From positions 177,258,001-177,322,000 of the forward strand of contig OZ024743.1 of assembly GCA_964016885.1 (NCBI GenBank): a stretch of DNA of 64,000 nucleotides, written 5' to 3'. The notes under the pieces were generated by a model. It did not search any database and had not been told where the DNA came from. It saw nothing but the letters and a program-made list of their open reading frames with translations. Positions 1 to 12,700 of the stretch are shown here, piece after piece. Numbering within the stretch: the stretch's first letter is position 1; every line of letters begins with the position of its first letter. Made by a program: the position numbers and the translations under genes. This stretch comes from Eledone cirrhosa. Its lineage: Eukaryota.

Positions 1-45
<45 letters not shown>

Positions 46-98
46 ACATACACGCACACACATATATATATATATATATAATATATATATATATATTG
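1..98. repeat. Compound (TA)n/(GA)n/(CA)n microsatellite; dozens of similar tracts occur throughout 1-49 kb
   Basis: Directly visible dinucleotide runs. Confidence 0.95.
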
Positions 99-1109
99 AC
101 TGGATGTATTAACCACCGGAATCAACTTGTTTGGTTTTGGTTTTATATATAATTCTATACGACAACACCCAACTACCATATGTCACACACACACGTCATT
201 CCTCCTCCCACACATGTATGTGTATTTAACTGGAGTCACCATCTCTGACAGGAATCTTTTCTGCCTCTCTACACCTCCTACATGATGTCTATTAATGTAT
301 TCTGCCTCTGTACCCCTCCTATATGATATCTATTAACATAGATGAATGTATTCATTTTATTTATGGAATATATCGTGTAAATACAATTTGATAGAGAAAG
401 AAAAAATGAAATTTATATCGAGAAGAATGAAATGCAAAATAGGAAAATATGAAGAAAAAAAAAAGAAAAAGAAGGGAAAGGGAGGGAATGATAAGGGTCC
501 TATTGTCACCTAAGAATGGGGAGAGGGAGGGGAAGGATTATTGAGATTTGTGCCTAGGGCAGAGAGAGAAACTGCTGCGTTACAGTGAAATATAAACATG
601 GAATCCTTGGTCGTGATAACTTAATATGTATTGAAGATTAATGACCCTATCCACAATGAAAGACTAATGAAAGTATTTTCCTCTAGTATTTGCTTTCGAC
701 TTTGAACAGTCTTTAATGCTTCTTATTCAGTAGTTACCTCTGGGAAATCAACTCAACCATTATAACGAGAAATTTCCCCGTCACGTAACTTTAGAAATAT
801 TATCTTTGTCTCATACCACTTAAATCATCCAGGCTAGTTATAAATACTAAAGGATTTCTCTCGCTTTATTTTACTTGTTATATTTCGTTATTCAGGGCGT
901 GCATTCTTTTTCCTCTTGCATGCTTATTTGTCTCGAAACTCAAAGTAAGCAATTATAATCTCTCAGAACACTGCAAACTCAAATAGTACTAGCATCATCA
1001 CCAGCACGAATGCCACGTCGATGAAGGGCAGATATAATGTGGGGCAAAAGGACAATAGCTTCCCTCCGCAGAGAAGGGGATCACCAGCAATGGCTGTAGC
1101 AATTTATTT

Positions 1110-1440
1110 GTCCCTTCTGTTGTGCTTTTTAGTTTTATCCCTTTGACAACTAGAACTATATTTTTAACAAAAAGTATTTAATGTCCATACTGTGGCAAAA
1201 TTCATATTTTTTCTCAACTTTAGAGACGTCAGATTGCTATCAGAACAATATTCTAATGAAAAAAATTTACTGTCACTTGGAGTCATCAACATTTTTCTAC
1301 GTAAGCGACATTTTTTGTCTTTGCAGACACGAATCGTTCTCGTCACATCACATATTACGTGTATCGAAGGTTCTGAAGCAAAATTTTTCTGATAATGTGC
1401 CATTGAAACCATAAGCTCCTTAGCAATAGCTCCAATTACC
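1110..1440 (-). mobile_element. Possible degenerate Tc1-like transposase N-terminal fragment
   Basis: Minus-strand peptide pieces IAKELMVS, LMTPSDSK, SNLTSLKLRKNMN and KTKKHNR loosely resemble the Tc1 HTH region; frameshifted and weak. Confidence 0.25.
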
Positions 1441-1959
1441 TTTCTGGGGTTCTTAAATCACCGCACCTTTCGTACAAATGTGAGTGTACTGGTGGTATTG
1501 GGACTATTAGCAGGTGCTTTACTTTGTCTACTGCAGCGTCTTCAAGCTCCTTCAGAACTTTGGCAACAGTTTTCAAGAACCTTTTTATTTGCTGAGTTTG
1601 CTTGATGTCATCATTTATCTGAAAAGAAATAATAATCAGAACAAATTAACAAAAAGAGTTAGAGATATTAAAAGAAGTGTCCTGAAAGAACTGAGCATCC
1701 CTATAATAGTTGGTGTTCTTAAATAGATATTGAGGTTGCTTTGACGTGATCAAAGAGAGACTTATGTATGTTTATTATACATAAAAATATTGTATATGCC
1801 TCTATTTTCCCCATCATGTATAATTTCATTTTAAATTTATGTATAACTGGTCAGAATATTTGCAGTGGCTTCGCTGGTTGTGCAATATGTGAATGACAGA
1901 GCAGAAGTGAGCTGAGAGAATATTTTAGTTAAATATACTGTGCAAGTGTGACGATTGTT

Positions 1960-2125
1960 CTGATATGGACATATGATACGGCAGAGTGAGAGTTGGATAA
2001 AAAGAAAGTGTCAAATGCTTAACGTGGAATATCAAGGAACACATGGAGCGAAGTTGTAAAGAATGACATCAAGAAACTGAACCTGACAAAGGAGATGACA
2101 CAGGACAGAGCTGATTGATGATATA
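1960..2125 (+). mobile_element. RTE-type LINE 3'-terminal coding fragment
   Basis: Translates as YGHMIRQSESW..KCQMLNVE..RNTWSEVVKNDIKKLNLTKEMTQDRAD, matching the RTE C-terminal pattern (GH..R, W...V..D, DR..W). Confidence 0.65.
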
Positions 2126-2199
2126 CCATAATATAAAAGACATGCCCACCAGTAAAAGCAGTGAAACATTAAAAGTAAGTGAGGTGAAAGACACTTTAG

Positions 2200-2520
2200 T
2201 CTGGCCGAGCATGTGACAACCCCTTTAGCACTAGTGCCATGATAAAGTGTACTCAGTAACTCTCGTATATTGTTAGCGTTGGTGCCTTGATAGAATATAC
2301 CTAGTCAACGGTGTAAAGTGGTTGTGTTGGTATCGCAAAAACAATTCACCCAGTAAACACTGTAAAGTAGTTATGTTAGGAAGGGCATCTAACCATAGAA
2401 ACCATGTCAAATATGTAATGTATGAGCAATATGGGGTCACTCTGATATATCTGGTCTCAGACTGTGACAACCTGTCTAACACATGCCAGTGTTGAAAGTG
2501 GACGAAAAATGAGGATGGAT
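2200..2520 (+). mobile_element. Degenerate SINE/RTE-tail-like repeat
   Basis: GGGCATCTAACCATAGAAACC and ACCTGTCTAACACATGCCAGTGTTGAAAGTGGACG resemble a mollusc SINE 3' tail; similar antisense sequence near 48210-48260. Confidence 0.4.
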
Positions 2521-2669
2521 AGATTTTTTAAATTTAATAAATCTATGGATAACTTTTCAATTCCAATTATTTGCGCCAAACCGACTTTGATATATAAAAT
2601 TGGGTATTTGCTGTGTATTCTAATTATTTTGTTTATGAGACCCCCCCCCCCTTCCTCTAAGAAAATGAA

Positions 2670-2705
2670 GTGCCCGGGGCCCCCAAAGACTAAATCCGGT
2701 CCTGG
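2670..2705. mobile_element. Possible hAT-type DNA transposon terminus
   Basis: GGGCCCCCAAAGACTAAATCCGGTCCTG; reverse complement resembles CAGGGCCGGATT-type terminal inverted repeats (TIRs). Confidence 0.3.
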
Positions 2706-4326
2706 CCGGAACCACCATTCCTGATAAGCTAACTAAATGTTATTTGAAATAAGGAATTTAACGGCGGCTCCAGTAATATATATACATATGTTGATGCATG
2801 GCTGTGTGGATAAGGAGTTCGAGCACGTGGTTGAAGGTGGTTTGTATTAGGGAGAAGAGGTTCCATGCTGAATGAAACATCGAGCATGTATTGAGATTGA
2901 AGTCATGCTTAAAGAGACGGTAGGGGCGGGGAAATGGAAAACGTGGGAGGAGATAAAATAAATATAGAAGTAGGAGTTGATAGTTTTTAAAAGGTGGATG
3001 TTTTGAACGTGAGTTGGATGCGGGTGATAGAGAGAGAAATGTCGAGAAAATTGACGGAAGTAACAGAGATCGAGGGGTGAAAGCAACAGACATACATGCT
3101 GTCTGTTTTGCTATTCACTTAAAACAATAAATTGAATTTCAAGAATCCCATGTAATAAGATATTGTTTAATTAATCTCAATATCATAAGATGCCATTCAT
3201 TAATTTAACGTACCATTCCTCATTTATAGATTTGATAAATATATTAGACTACACCAGAGAAGGAGTTCGATTTCCGGCTGCACGTTTTGTTTTTCAGCAA
3301 GATATTTTATTTCACGTTCCTTCTCCAGGAAAAATGAGTTCTGCCTGTAATTCAAAGGTTTAGCCTTGTCACACATTCTTTCACGCTGAATCCCTCTAAA
3401 ATTTATATTAAGGTTGAGTAGACCTGTAGAAATCTGAGCTCCACTTTATGTACAGGCTGTCCTGTACTTGAACACTAATCGTCGGAGGTCCCTCTCATTT
3501 ATTTAACCATTTTAGAGTTGAATAAGTAAAATTGTGGCAGTTTTTATCAACTAAAAGCAAATCAATTTCATATAATAATAATAATAGTAATGGTTTCTGA
3601 TTTAAGCCCAAAGCCAGCAATTGTGGGAGATTAAATCAACTCCAATGCATTACTGGTACTTTGTTATTAGTATTATTCCTAATGCGTGCCGTCAGTGCAT
3701 TACCGAGCACAGCTTCCTGCGCCTTCGGTTTGTGCAGTTTCATTTCTGGTATTGTTATTATTATTTTATTGAGTTGGCTGTGATCTCCCTGTCTGTGCAT
3801 TTCGCAGAATAGAGTTACTTGGTCATTCTCTGATATTTGTTCCTGTATACGACTCTGTTGGCACAACTTCTAATGTATGCAAATCCTATCTCTATCATTT
3901 TTGTGACTATACGCTTTTTCGGCTAAGACTGGACAACCAGATATAATTGTTTCTTTGATTCTTCCCCAACACCGCATATTTTGCAGTTAATTAGTCAGTT
4001 GTGCCTCAGTGTGTATTTTTTGTGGCCTCTGAAGAGGAGAAATTTGATCTTGTGATAAGCATCAATACTCTAGCAATGTCAGTAACAAGCTACAGTTTTA
4101 ACATTCTGAACTGTATATTAAGATACCTAGCAGAACTAGACAGTAAAACACGAAAAATAATGATTGCATTTAGAATACACCTCCTAAAATCACAGTAGAA
4201 GATTATTCTCACCTGAACACATGGAGGAGGTGTTATTCAAGTAGGAAACAATTATAAAATAACAACCGTAGGGCTACAATAATATCTAATGAAGTAGTGC
4301 CAATGCTTGAAATAACAGGAGAGGTG

Positions 4327-4362
4327 TCTTAGTGTTTCGGGCACTAGTCCTTCATCAGAAGA
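4327..4362 (-). ncRNA. Degenerate minimal hammerhead ribozyme
   Basis: Minus strand TCTT-CTGATGA-AGGACTAGTGCCC-GAAAC-ACT-AAGA; stem I TCTT/AAGA; cleavage triplet mutated. Confidence 0.55.
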
Positions 4363-5222
4363 TAGAAATAGAAGACAGAAATAGAAGTAAAAGATAAAAT
4401 AGAAAGATAAAGAGTCAGAAGAGAAAGTGACGGAAAAAAATGAGAGAAAACACATGTGTATTCAGTCAGCCCGTATATATATATACCTAATTACTAGCCA
4501 TACTATATTTGCAAGCAATAAAATGTGTACACATAACACACTATACACCAACCATGTATATGCTTCATTTTATTTAATGATATGAAATTAAGCAGAGTAA
4601 CCAAGGATATGGAAAGCATTATATTTTGCAGACAAGTTAAAAAGTACCCTTATTATGGTAGAATTATAATTAACGAGAGAAAATGTTTGACAAGAAAATA
4701 GAATATGTTTGTCATATTTGATATTACATATTTAGATTTAAAATCGTACATAATTTTTAATGTTTTCAGTAAATCTTTAAAAGAATCAATAATTAGAGGG
4801 AGTAATTTTAGAGCAGGTGAAATAATTAAGTTAATAATGTGTCATCTAAGAGAAACATTAAGTTATAATCTTTAGAATACTCACACCCCATGTGTAGGCC
4901 TAATCGATCTTAGTATGCCCTGCCACGTTCATCATCCTGATGCAGTGCTCAATTTCTCAACAACACCTCTGTCCAATATTTTCCGTCACCAGGGATACTT
5001 TACCCGATTTTTTCAATTAACTATTATTTATTGTAATCGACTATCATTATGGTATTTTTGCATTGGGACACATTTTAAATTTCAAATTTAATCAATGCTT
5101 CTTCTGTCAACTCTATTTTATATCTTTGTCCGTTCTATTCGATTCGACTTGCTTCGTCTCCCAATTACACACACACACACACATCCACACACACACACAC
5201 GCATATATATAATAATAATAAT

Positions 5223-5403
5223 AATTGTTTCTACTTTAGGCACAAGGCCAGCAAATAACCAGTGCATTACTGGTACGTTATTTTATCGACCCCGTAAGGA
5301 TGAAAGGCAAAGTAAACCTCGGCGAGATTTAAACTCAGACCGTAAAGGGACGTAACTATGCTGGAAAGCATGGCGTCCGACTCTCCACCGATACTGCCAA
5401 TCC
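5223..5403 (-). mobile_element. tRNA-derived SINE (main family in this window)
   Basis: Minus strand has A box TGGCAGTATCGG, B-box-like GAGTTTAAATCT, core GCCTTTCATCCTTACGGGGTCGATAAAAT and tail GGCCTTGTGCCTAAAGTAGAAACAATT; about 18 related copies in the window. Confidence 0.85.
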
Positions 5404-5479
5404 AAATAATAATGATAAATAATAATAATGATAATAATAAAAAGGACGATTTGTTATGTATTCATTACGCTTATTGAAT

Positions 5480-5567
5480 AGTGATGCGCGTTTCGCTATT
5501 GATCAGATCAAGGTTCGATCTGTATCGATCTGGCTCGACTCTGGAATCAAAAGCTCGTCAGACCTCT
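5480..5567 (-). ncRNA. Degenerate hammerhead ribozyme with extended stem II
   Basis: Minus strand AGAGGT-CTGACGA-GCTTTTGAT...ATCAATAGC-GAAAC-GCGC-ATCACT; U of the cleavage triplet appears lost. Confidence 0.55.
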
Positions 5568-5718
5568 GGTATATATATATAAGCGAGAAGTTATATATAT
5601 AATACATCAAGAAAGAAGAGTGACATGGTTTGCTATAAAATAAGGGCTGTATTCACATTGCTGACAATTGTTTAGTGGACTGCCTATAACAATAATTTGT
5701 TATCCCGTATATATATAT

Positions 5719-5902
5719 AATTGTTTCTACTTTTGGCACAAGGCCAGCAATTACTCAGTACATTACTGTTACTTTATTTTATCGACCCCGTAAGGATGAA
5801 AGGCAAAGTTAACCTCGGCGGGATTTGAACTCAGACCGTAAAGGGACGTAACTCTATGCTTCAAAGCATGGTGTCCGACTCTCTACCGATACTGCCAATC
5901 CA
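5719..5902 (-). mobile_element. tRNA-derived SINE copy
   Basis: Closely similar to 5223-5403; B box GAGTTCAAATCC. Confidence 0.85.
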
Positions 5903-5949
5903 GCGCGCGCGCGCGCGCGTGTGTATGTGTGTGTGTGTGTGTATGTGTA

Positions 5950-5983
<34 letters not shown>

Positions 5984-6263
5984 CAAACATCGGAATTAAG
6001 AGTATTCCGCAGTTCACTGTAATAATAATAATAATATTAGCTCAAAGAAGAATAGAGAATTTCCTTCTGAGCTCAAATGCAAGTATATATTACACAAAGA
6101 GAAGTGTGTTACACAGTGAGATGTGTTTAAAGAATTATTACAAGTGATTTTACCGTTACTGTATAGAGAACAATATCTACAGGTTAGCAATTAAATAGAA
6201 AAAAACTAATTCAGAATCAAATCTCTGGATTAGACTTTTAAATCACAAACCTTATAACTATAT

Positions 6264-6338
6264 TTTGCTGATACGAATCTCGCTTCGTTTCACCACTTAT
6301 ATGTGAGGTGTCAGGTCACAGGATCCTCAGTCAGCAAA
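6264..6338 (-). ncRNA. Type I hammerhead ribozyme (CUGAGGA core)
   Basis: TTTGCTGA-CTGAGGA-stem II-GAAAC-GAAGCGAGATTC-GTA-TCAGCAAA; 8-bp stem I, 5-bp stem III (ACGAA/TTCGT), GUA cleavage site. Confidence 0.8.
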
Positions 6339-6432
6339 TGCGAACACTGAAAACTACACATCCAACCTCATGGATAGAGAGATTGCTAATAGACACGCTG
6401 CCCAGCGTATGTATATATATATATATACATAT

Positions 6433-6720
6433 GTCAGGTCACCAGTTGGTGCTACTGGTAACATGTATCCCAGTACAACCTGTCCCATGGTCGGGTCGTT
6501 GGCGACTAAACTGGCAACCCCACCAAGGTTTCTTGGTGAGGAGGGTGACTTTGGACATCCTGCAGGACTAAAAACAAAACCTGTCAAAGGGCAAAGGAGC
6601 TCTTAAGAGTCAATGGCCATCCAAAATCACCGGGAGAGATGACCCCTTAGCCTTTGTCAAGGCAGAATTCTAGGAGAAGGAAAACTCTGATATAACACCT
6701 GCAACCCTGATGGTATCCAA
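6433..6720 (+). mobile_element. RTE LINE 5'-UTR-like fragment
   Basis: AAAACCTGTCAAAGGGC and CTAGGAGAAGGAAAACTCTGA motifs recalled from RTE 5' regions; GC-richer island inserted in a (TA)n tract. Confidence 0.45.
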
Positions 6721-7050
6721 TGATGTTGACTTGTTCTTCTTTTTGGTAAATATCATCTTGGTTAAGAGAGTGGGACTGGCTTTGTGCAGTGCCTTTGCTC
6801 ACTATAAAAGCTTCACGGCACAGGCATTGCTTTATATCTGGAGATCTCTCTGCACTTGTCGTCACATGGTACCATGGGCCCAGCACTATGTGTCAGTAAT
6901 TGTCACAAGTGTAGTGTTTGTACCAGAGTTTTCAAGTCGCTGGCTGGACTAAAAAGTCACACTCGTTCAGCGCATCGGTAGGGGTTCGCCTACATGGATA
7001 TAAAGTAGTGGCCGTACTCGAAAACGAGTTGGCAGCCACCATATATACAT

Positions 7051-7148
<98 letters not shown>

Positions 7149-7180
7149 AGAACAAAAGATGGTTAAAAGAGTTCCATGTA

Positions 7181-7247
7181 TTTTATTATGCGCATTTCAA
7201 AAACAAATATCATCATGCAATAATATTTGTGTTTTCATCAGATAAAA
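7181..7247 (-). ncRNA. Type I hammerhead ribozyme
   Basis: TTTTAT-CTGATGA-long stem II (ACAAATATTAT/ATGATATTTGT)-GAAA-TGCGC-ATA-ATAAAA; palindromic stem III ATGCGCAT. Confidence 0.8.
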
Positions 7248-7856
7248 CAGGAAGACATGATATGAAGGTTAAAAAACACTTGTGGATAGTGCAGTTTTAA
7301 ATCAACATATCTGCATTGCTTTATTGTACTACAATAAAACTCACCTCCTACATATATATATATATATATATATATATGTGTTTTTTTTTTATTTAATTGC
7401 TAAACCTGTAGATATTGTTTTCTGTACAGTAACGGTAAAATCACTTGTACTAATTCTTTACACACATCTCACTGTGTAACACACTTCTCTTTCTGTAATA
7501 TATACTTGCATTTGAGCTCAGAAGGAAATTATATACAAGTATACAAGTGTTTGCATTGCAAATGATCAAGTTAACTAGATTGAAAAATACTAATTAAAAT
7601 AATACGGTTTGCCTGTGTCGATTTAAAATAATAAATCAATAAAAACAAACCTATATCGGCAATAGCCGTGCTATTCTGTGCTCTTCTGCAGGTATCCAGA
7701 AATTGGTATGTTTCACTTCAAAATACTTTCAAAATACTGAGGAATATAATCATCATATATATTATATATGTTGTGAAATTAGTCTATATATACATATATA
7801 TGCATATGTTTTTCTATGATGAAATTCTCTTAGTACTTTCTACTGTTTCTTATTTT

Positions 7857-7918
<62 letters not shown>

Positions 7919-8300
7919 GTGTGTGTGTGTCTGTGTGTGTAGGTACATATATATGCTGGTTATGGATTAATTATTAATCGATGACCAGTGGATTTTCCAT
8001 AGAATCGGAAACAATATTGTAAATCTTAGATGTGGATTTTTGTATTGTGATATTTTGTGCGCTAAACCAGGAGGATACTGGCTGTTTCAATTGATGAAAT
8101 TGTGAGAACTTTTTTAAGGTTTTCATGTTAATCTGTCGATACAATAATTATATTGTTTTCAAAGATTAAGCTTCTTTCTGAGAATGTTGTCTTACAATTA
8201 ATACTATGCGTGGGCTTTAAATGCATTCGTTGATCAAATTGTAATCGACCAGAACGTAACCACTGGACATTTATCTAAACCCTTTATATATATATATATA

Positions 8301-8486
8301 CGTTATTCGGGGTTGAATCGGAGGTAACCACAGTAAGTAAGGTACTCAATACATTGCAGAGTATAAAAGTTTTAATATAGATGAGATTCTACAGGACTAG
8401 AACTGTTTCATTCTTTAGAAATCATCAGGATTCCTGATGATTTCTAAAGAATGAAACAGTTCTAGTCCTGTAGAATCTCATCTACA

Positions 8487-8490
<4 letters not shown>
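8301..8490. mobile_element. Fold-back (palindromic) HHR mini-element in (TA)n
   Basis: ~55-bp near-perfect inverted arms centred on CAGGA-T-TCCTG at 8431, extra ~75-bp tail on the left arm, (TA)n on both sides. Confidence 0.8.
8429..8477 (+). ncRNA. Type I hammerhead ribozyme (mirror copy on the minus strand at ~8385-8432)
   Basis: GATTC-CTGATGA-TTTCTAAAGAAT-GAAAC-AGTTCTAGTCCT-GTA-GAATC; stem I GATTC/GAATC, stem III ACAG/CTGT. Confidence 0.8.
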
Positions 8491-8549
<59 letters not shown>

Positions 8550-8744
8550 TTATTTATATATATATATAAATATATATACCGGTATATATATATTCTCATC
8601 AATTATCATCCCTACCCCAATCTTATTTACACTTCAAAGTGGTTTAATTAAGTAACCCCGACCCCTTAAAATAAACATCACACCTGAATATCGTCGAAGT
8701 TATAAACAAATCCATATCACATCCTAGAACAAAAAAAAAAAAAG

Positions 8745-8995
8745 TGAGAGATACATTGGGTAATGTAATCTGGAATCAAAAAGATAAAGTGAGATACATT
8801 GAATAATGTAATCTGGAATAAAAAGAAAGAGAGACACATTGAATAATGTAATCCGGAATAAAGAAGAAAGAGATATATATATTGAATAATGTAATCCGGA
8901 ATAAAGAAGAAAGAGAAAGGCAGATTGAATAATGTAATCCGGAATAAAGGAGAAAGAGAAAGACATATTGAATAATGTAATCCGGAATAAAAAAG
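8745..8995. repeat. Minisatellite, ~42-46 bp unit, about 6 copies
   Basis: Repeated ATTGAATAATGTAATCCGGAATAAA plus purine-rich spacer. Confidence 0.9.
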
Positions 8996-9139
8996 AAAAA
9001 AAGAGTTAACTGAGATGGAATGTCTGTTTGCAGGTTTGCTCAATCATGGACTAACGATCGATAAACCAGAATAAATAAGAACATCTGGCCATTGTCCACG
9101 GACATGTCTTTGCAGTTTTGTCCATATGGCGCAGTCTAA

Positions 9140-9320
9140 ACAGCGCCCCGACATAGGCATAGAGCCTGTCACTCTCTCCCCTTCGCCCTCTCCTTTTTTC
9201 GTTGCCTAGTAGTCCTTGCTTTTCCCCTCCTTTTCTTTTCATTTCTGGCATTTATAGTCCTTTCCTTTATCTTTACTTTCCTCTACATCCAGATCTTTCT
9301 TTCTTTACCCACCCGCCTCC
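9140..9320. mobile_element. Dispersed repeat, related copy at ~24200-24365
   Basis: Shared pyrimidine-rich segment ending in CATTT(C/A)TGGCATTTATAG(T/C)CCTTT. Confidence 0.55.
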
Positions 9321-9959
9321 TTTTTTTAATTATTCATATAATAATTTTTGAAAACTTAATAAATTATTTAATTAATAAAAAAATAAGAAATATCTGAAGT
9401 ATTCTGGACGCAATTTAATCAAAGTTTTTCCCTGTCAAGTGTTTTTTAATCGTTGATGAATTTTAATTTTGATGAATCCAGCCAATTTATGTTTGTTTCC
9501 AATCCGTTCCAATCCAATCCAGGGCCTTTGTCATTCCTGGTTGACCTACCCCACTTTCTATTTGTTTCGGTCATTTGGCGAATTGTGGGTTGGTGAGGTT
9601 ATTTAGCTCATATTTGGGGGTGGTGGCCATTGACACTGACGACTTTATCGGCCCTTTTAACTGCTCTTTTTTTGTGCTGCTGGGGTTCCACTTACCCTCC
9701 TCACTATACCAGAGTCTGGTGGGTGAACCGCTTTATTCACCAACTATTCGACCATGAATCAGGTTGTACTGGGTTACATGGTACCAGTAGCAAGCAGAAG
9801 TCTGACCTGTCGTTTTACTTTTTACTCAAAAAATATTTCCCTCAAATACATTAAGTGCTTTAATTTTACTAGAGGGGTTTCAGTCGTTTCATAAATGTAA
9901 TTTCAAATAAACTCCCAGCAAGCTGGCTCCGCATCTTGGCATAATTTCAAAAGTTTATT

Positions 9960-10620
9960 CTAAGGTCGGTTCTTATCCTCGGTTTCTTTGACAATAAGCA
10001 ACTGAGAATACAAGTCTCTCCCTGGATAGAATACCTGTTTATCGCAGGATTAGCCTTGCAGCTACTGCCGGTACTGACTCTCAGCAGAATCTACTGAAGA
10101 AACGTGAAATTAAGTGTTTTGCTCAAGAACACAACATTGGTTTGTAATTATTCTATTTCATATTCAGAGAACATATTCAGATTGTGATACAATCACACTT
10201 TTCCAATATGTATCTGACAAAACTCACGTAATTAAGTAAGACATATATATCAGTGTAATTTAACCAGATGGATCTCCGTCAGTTTAGATTATTTCTAGTT
10301 CGCTCAATAGATCAGCCTGCTCACGAAATTAACGTGTAAGTGGCTGAGCATCCTACAGACACATGCAACCTTTCAATTTAACATAATTCTCGGGGAGAAT
10401 CAGTATGACTGTGTATGACAAGACTGGATCATTGATAATTACATGTACAGTAAATCCAACGGGCTTCAAAACACTCTATGTGTACCTACCTTCCCTCACA
10501 AAAGCATAGATCGACCTGATGCTATGGTAAATCACACTTACCCGTGATGCCACATAGTCAGGTCAAACCCAGGCCCTCATGATTGCGAAGCGAACTTTTT
10601 AACCACTCAGCTATTCTACG
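9960..10620 (-). mobile_element. Degenerate second tRNA-SINE family fragments
   Basis: GTGAAATTAAGTGTTTTGCTCAAGAACACAAC shared with 48615-48720 and, in reverse, with 27575-27690 and 3255-3330. Confidence 0.5.
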
Positions 10621-11499
10621 ATCACAGTCATTTAACTAAGGAAAACTTTCTGGTAATTCTTCGGCGAAATGGATTATTGGGAAGTCGTGTTCCATTCAAG
10701 TCCATTTTATTCAAGAGAAGATGTGTAGAAAGATGTAATGACATGATTTGAATTAGAATCATTCTAGCTAGGTTTCTATTTCTCATCTCAGCTATTTGTT
10801 AATTTTACTATCATTTTTTCATCTATTAGACAACTTGTTTCAAACGAGGATCTATTCTGTTTTCTGTGTAGTTTCATGGGTGTTAATTATATAAGCTATA
10901 TTAAGATATACTGGACATGCTTTGTATTTAGTGTTCATAGGAACCCATATGTCTGTTCTCAGAATTTAAATGCATACACACCCTTATATAAATACTCAAT
11001 TGCATGAATACATGCATATACTCAATCAGTTTTCCATATACATATTATCTATAATCTATCTATTTTTACCAATACTTCGCTTTCGATTATTGAATCCAAT
11101 AATTAGTTTTCCTTCTATAAGAGAATCTTATAGACTGTATGCTCCATCATCTACTTAAAGTTGTTTTATTGAATTAAGACGACAACCAAATAAGTTTTGC
11201 CGTCAGTTGTAGTGCTAACCTAAAGGAAGACGTAGAAGAGAAATATGTCTTGGAAATGACAAAATAAGATGAAATCTATTAGCAAACGCATTGATATGTT
11301 TCTTCTCACAATGAATCTTTTCAGCTATTTAGATAAATACATCCAGCTTACACAATATTAATGCATACACCGTATTGTAAAATAAATAATTAGAATGTGG
11401 TAATCATAGTCGATCCTAAGGTTGTCAGCAAACTGTCAAGCCGCATCTTATCATCTTCCAACTATTATATTTAAAATGTTCACATGGAGGAAAACCTGC

Positions 11500-11922
11500 A
11501 AATGTAGTAACACGTAACAACATGTAGCATCATGTAACAACATGTAGCAATATTTTGAAGCATGTAGCAACATGTAGAAACTAGTAGCAATATGTAGCAG
11601 CGTGTAGCAGCATGCAACAATATGTAGCAACATGCAGTACTATGTAGCAACAGGTAAAACATGCGACAACATGCAGCAGCATGTAGCAATATGTAGCAAC
11701 ATACAACATGTAGCAACATGTAGAAACGAGTAGCAATATGTAGCAACGTGTAGCAGCATGCAGCAATATGTAGCAACATGCAGCACTATGTAGCAACAGG
11801 TAAAACATGCGACAACATGCAACAGCATGCAGCAGCATGTAGCAATATGTAGCAACATACAACAACATGTAGCAACATGTAACAACATGTAGTAATATGT
11901 TGTAATATGTTATAATATGTAG
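11500..11922. repeat. Minisatellite built on ATGTAGCA(A/G)C units with a ~129-bp higher-order duplication
   Basis: Visible tandem units; source of the LLH/ATCC pseudo-ORFs. Confidence 0.9.
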
Positions 11923-12164
11923 ACTAAAGAAAATAGTTCAAACGCGCAACATAAATTAAAATATAGCTACAAGAAAGAGGGAGAAAGAAAGAGAAGGGGA
12001 GAAAGAGAGACAATAAGAGAGTGAGAAGGATAGGGTGGAGGGGGGTGGGGAGAATGAAAACAAAATCGAAGTTTAGTGCTTAATTAGTTCAGAACTGATT
12101 AAGCACAAAATGTCGCCTTTCGTTTTTCAACACACACATACACAGGCTCACGCGCACATACACA

Positions 12165-12199
<35 letters not shown>

Positions 12200-12285
12200 G
12201 TGGAAAAAAACGGAACCAACAAAATAACCAACACAGTACAATGAAGAAATATATTAGTTTAACGCTTGATATAGTAGAAAAAGAG

Positions 12286-12321
12286 TCATAACGTTTCAGA
12301 CATTAATCCTTTATCAGAAAA
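12286..12321 (-). ncRNA. Degenerate minimal hammerhead ribozyme, same family as 4327
   Basis: TTTT-CTGATAA-AGGATTAATGTCT-GAAAC-GTT-ATGA; flank AAAATAAC...AACGCTTGA shared with 26010-26075. Confidence 0.45.
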
Positions 12322-12700
12322 AGAATGAGAAATAAACAACGAAATAGAACGATAGAGAAAATAATTAATGAACAAAAAAAAGCACGTGTGAATTTAGTCA
12401 GCTTTTGATTAGATTTTTTTTCCTCTAAACAAATTAACATTTCAAGCTTATGGTGAGACACATTATTTCAGACCATAGAGTTAATTTCATTTGTTTCAGC
12501 GTAAGATTTCTAAAAGAAGCAAACATTATACCATTACTTGGTCCTCGGTTCCTCTTAAAGATTCTCGAATATTTGCATATTGAGTGCTTTAATTATATTA
12601 ATTGCTTTCTTACGTTTCTACAATAACAGAAAAGAAAAAAACGCCGTAAAATATGTCTTTTTTTTTTTACTGAAATTAAAGAATAAATAAGTAAATATAT

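Larger units (their letters stand above)
6057..7530. repeat. Inverted repeat pair (~150 bp arms at 6057-6208 and 7380-7530)
   Basis: AATTTCCTTCTGAGCTCAAATGCAAG...CAATTAAAT is reverse-complemented at 7380-7530. Confidence 0.85.
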
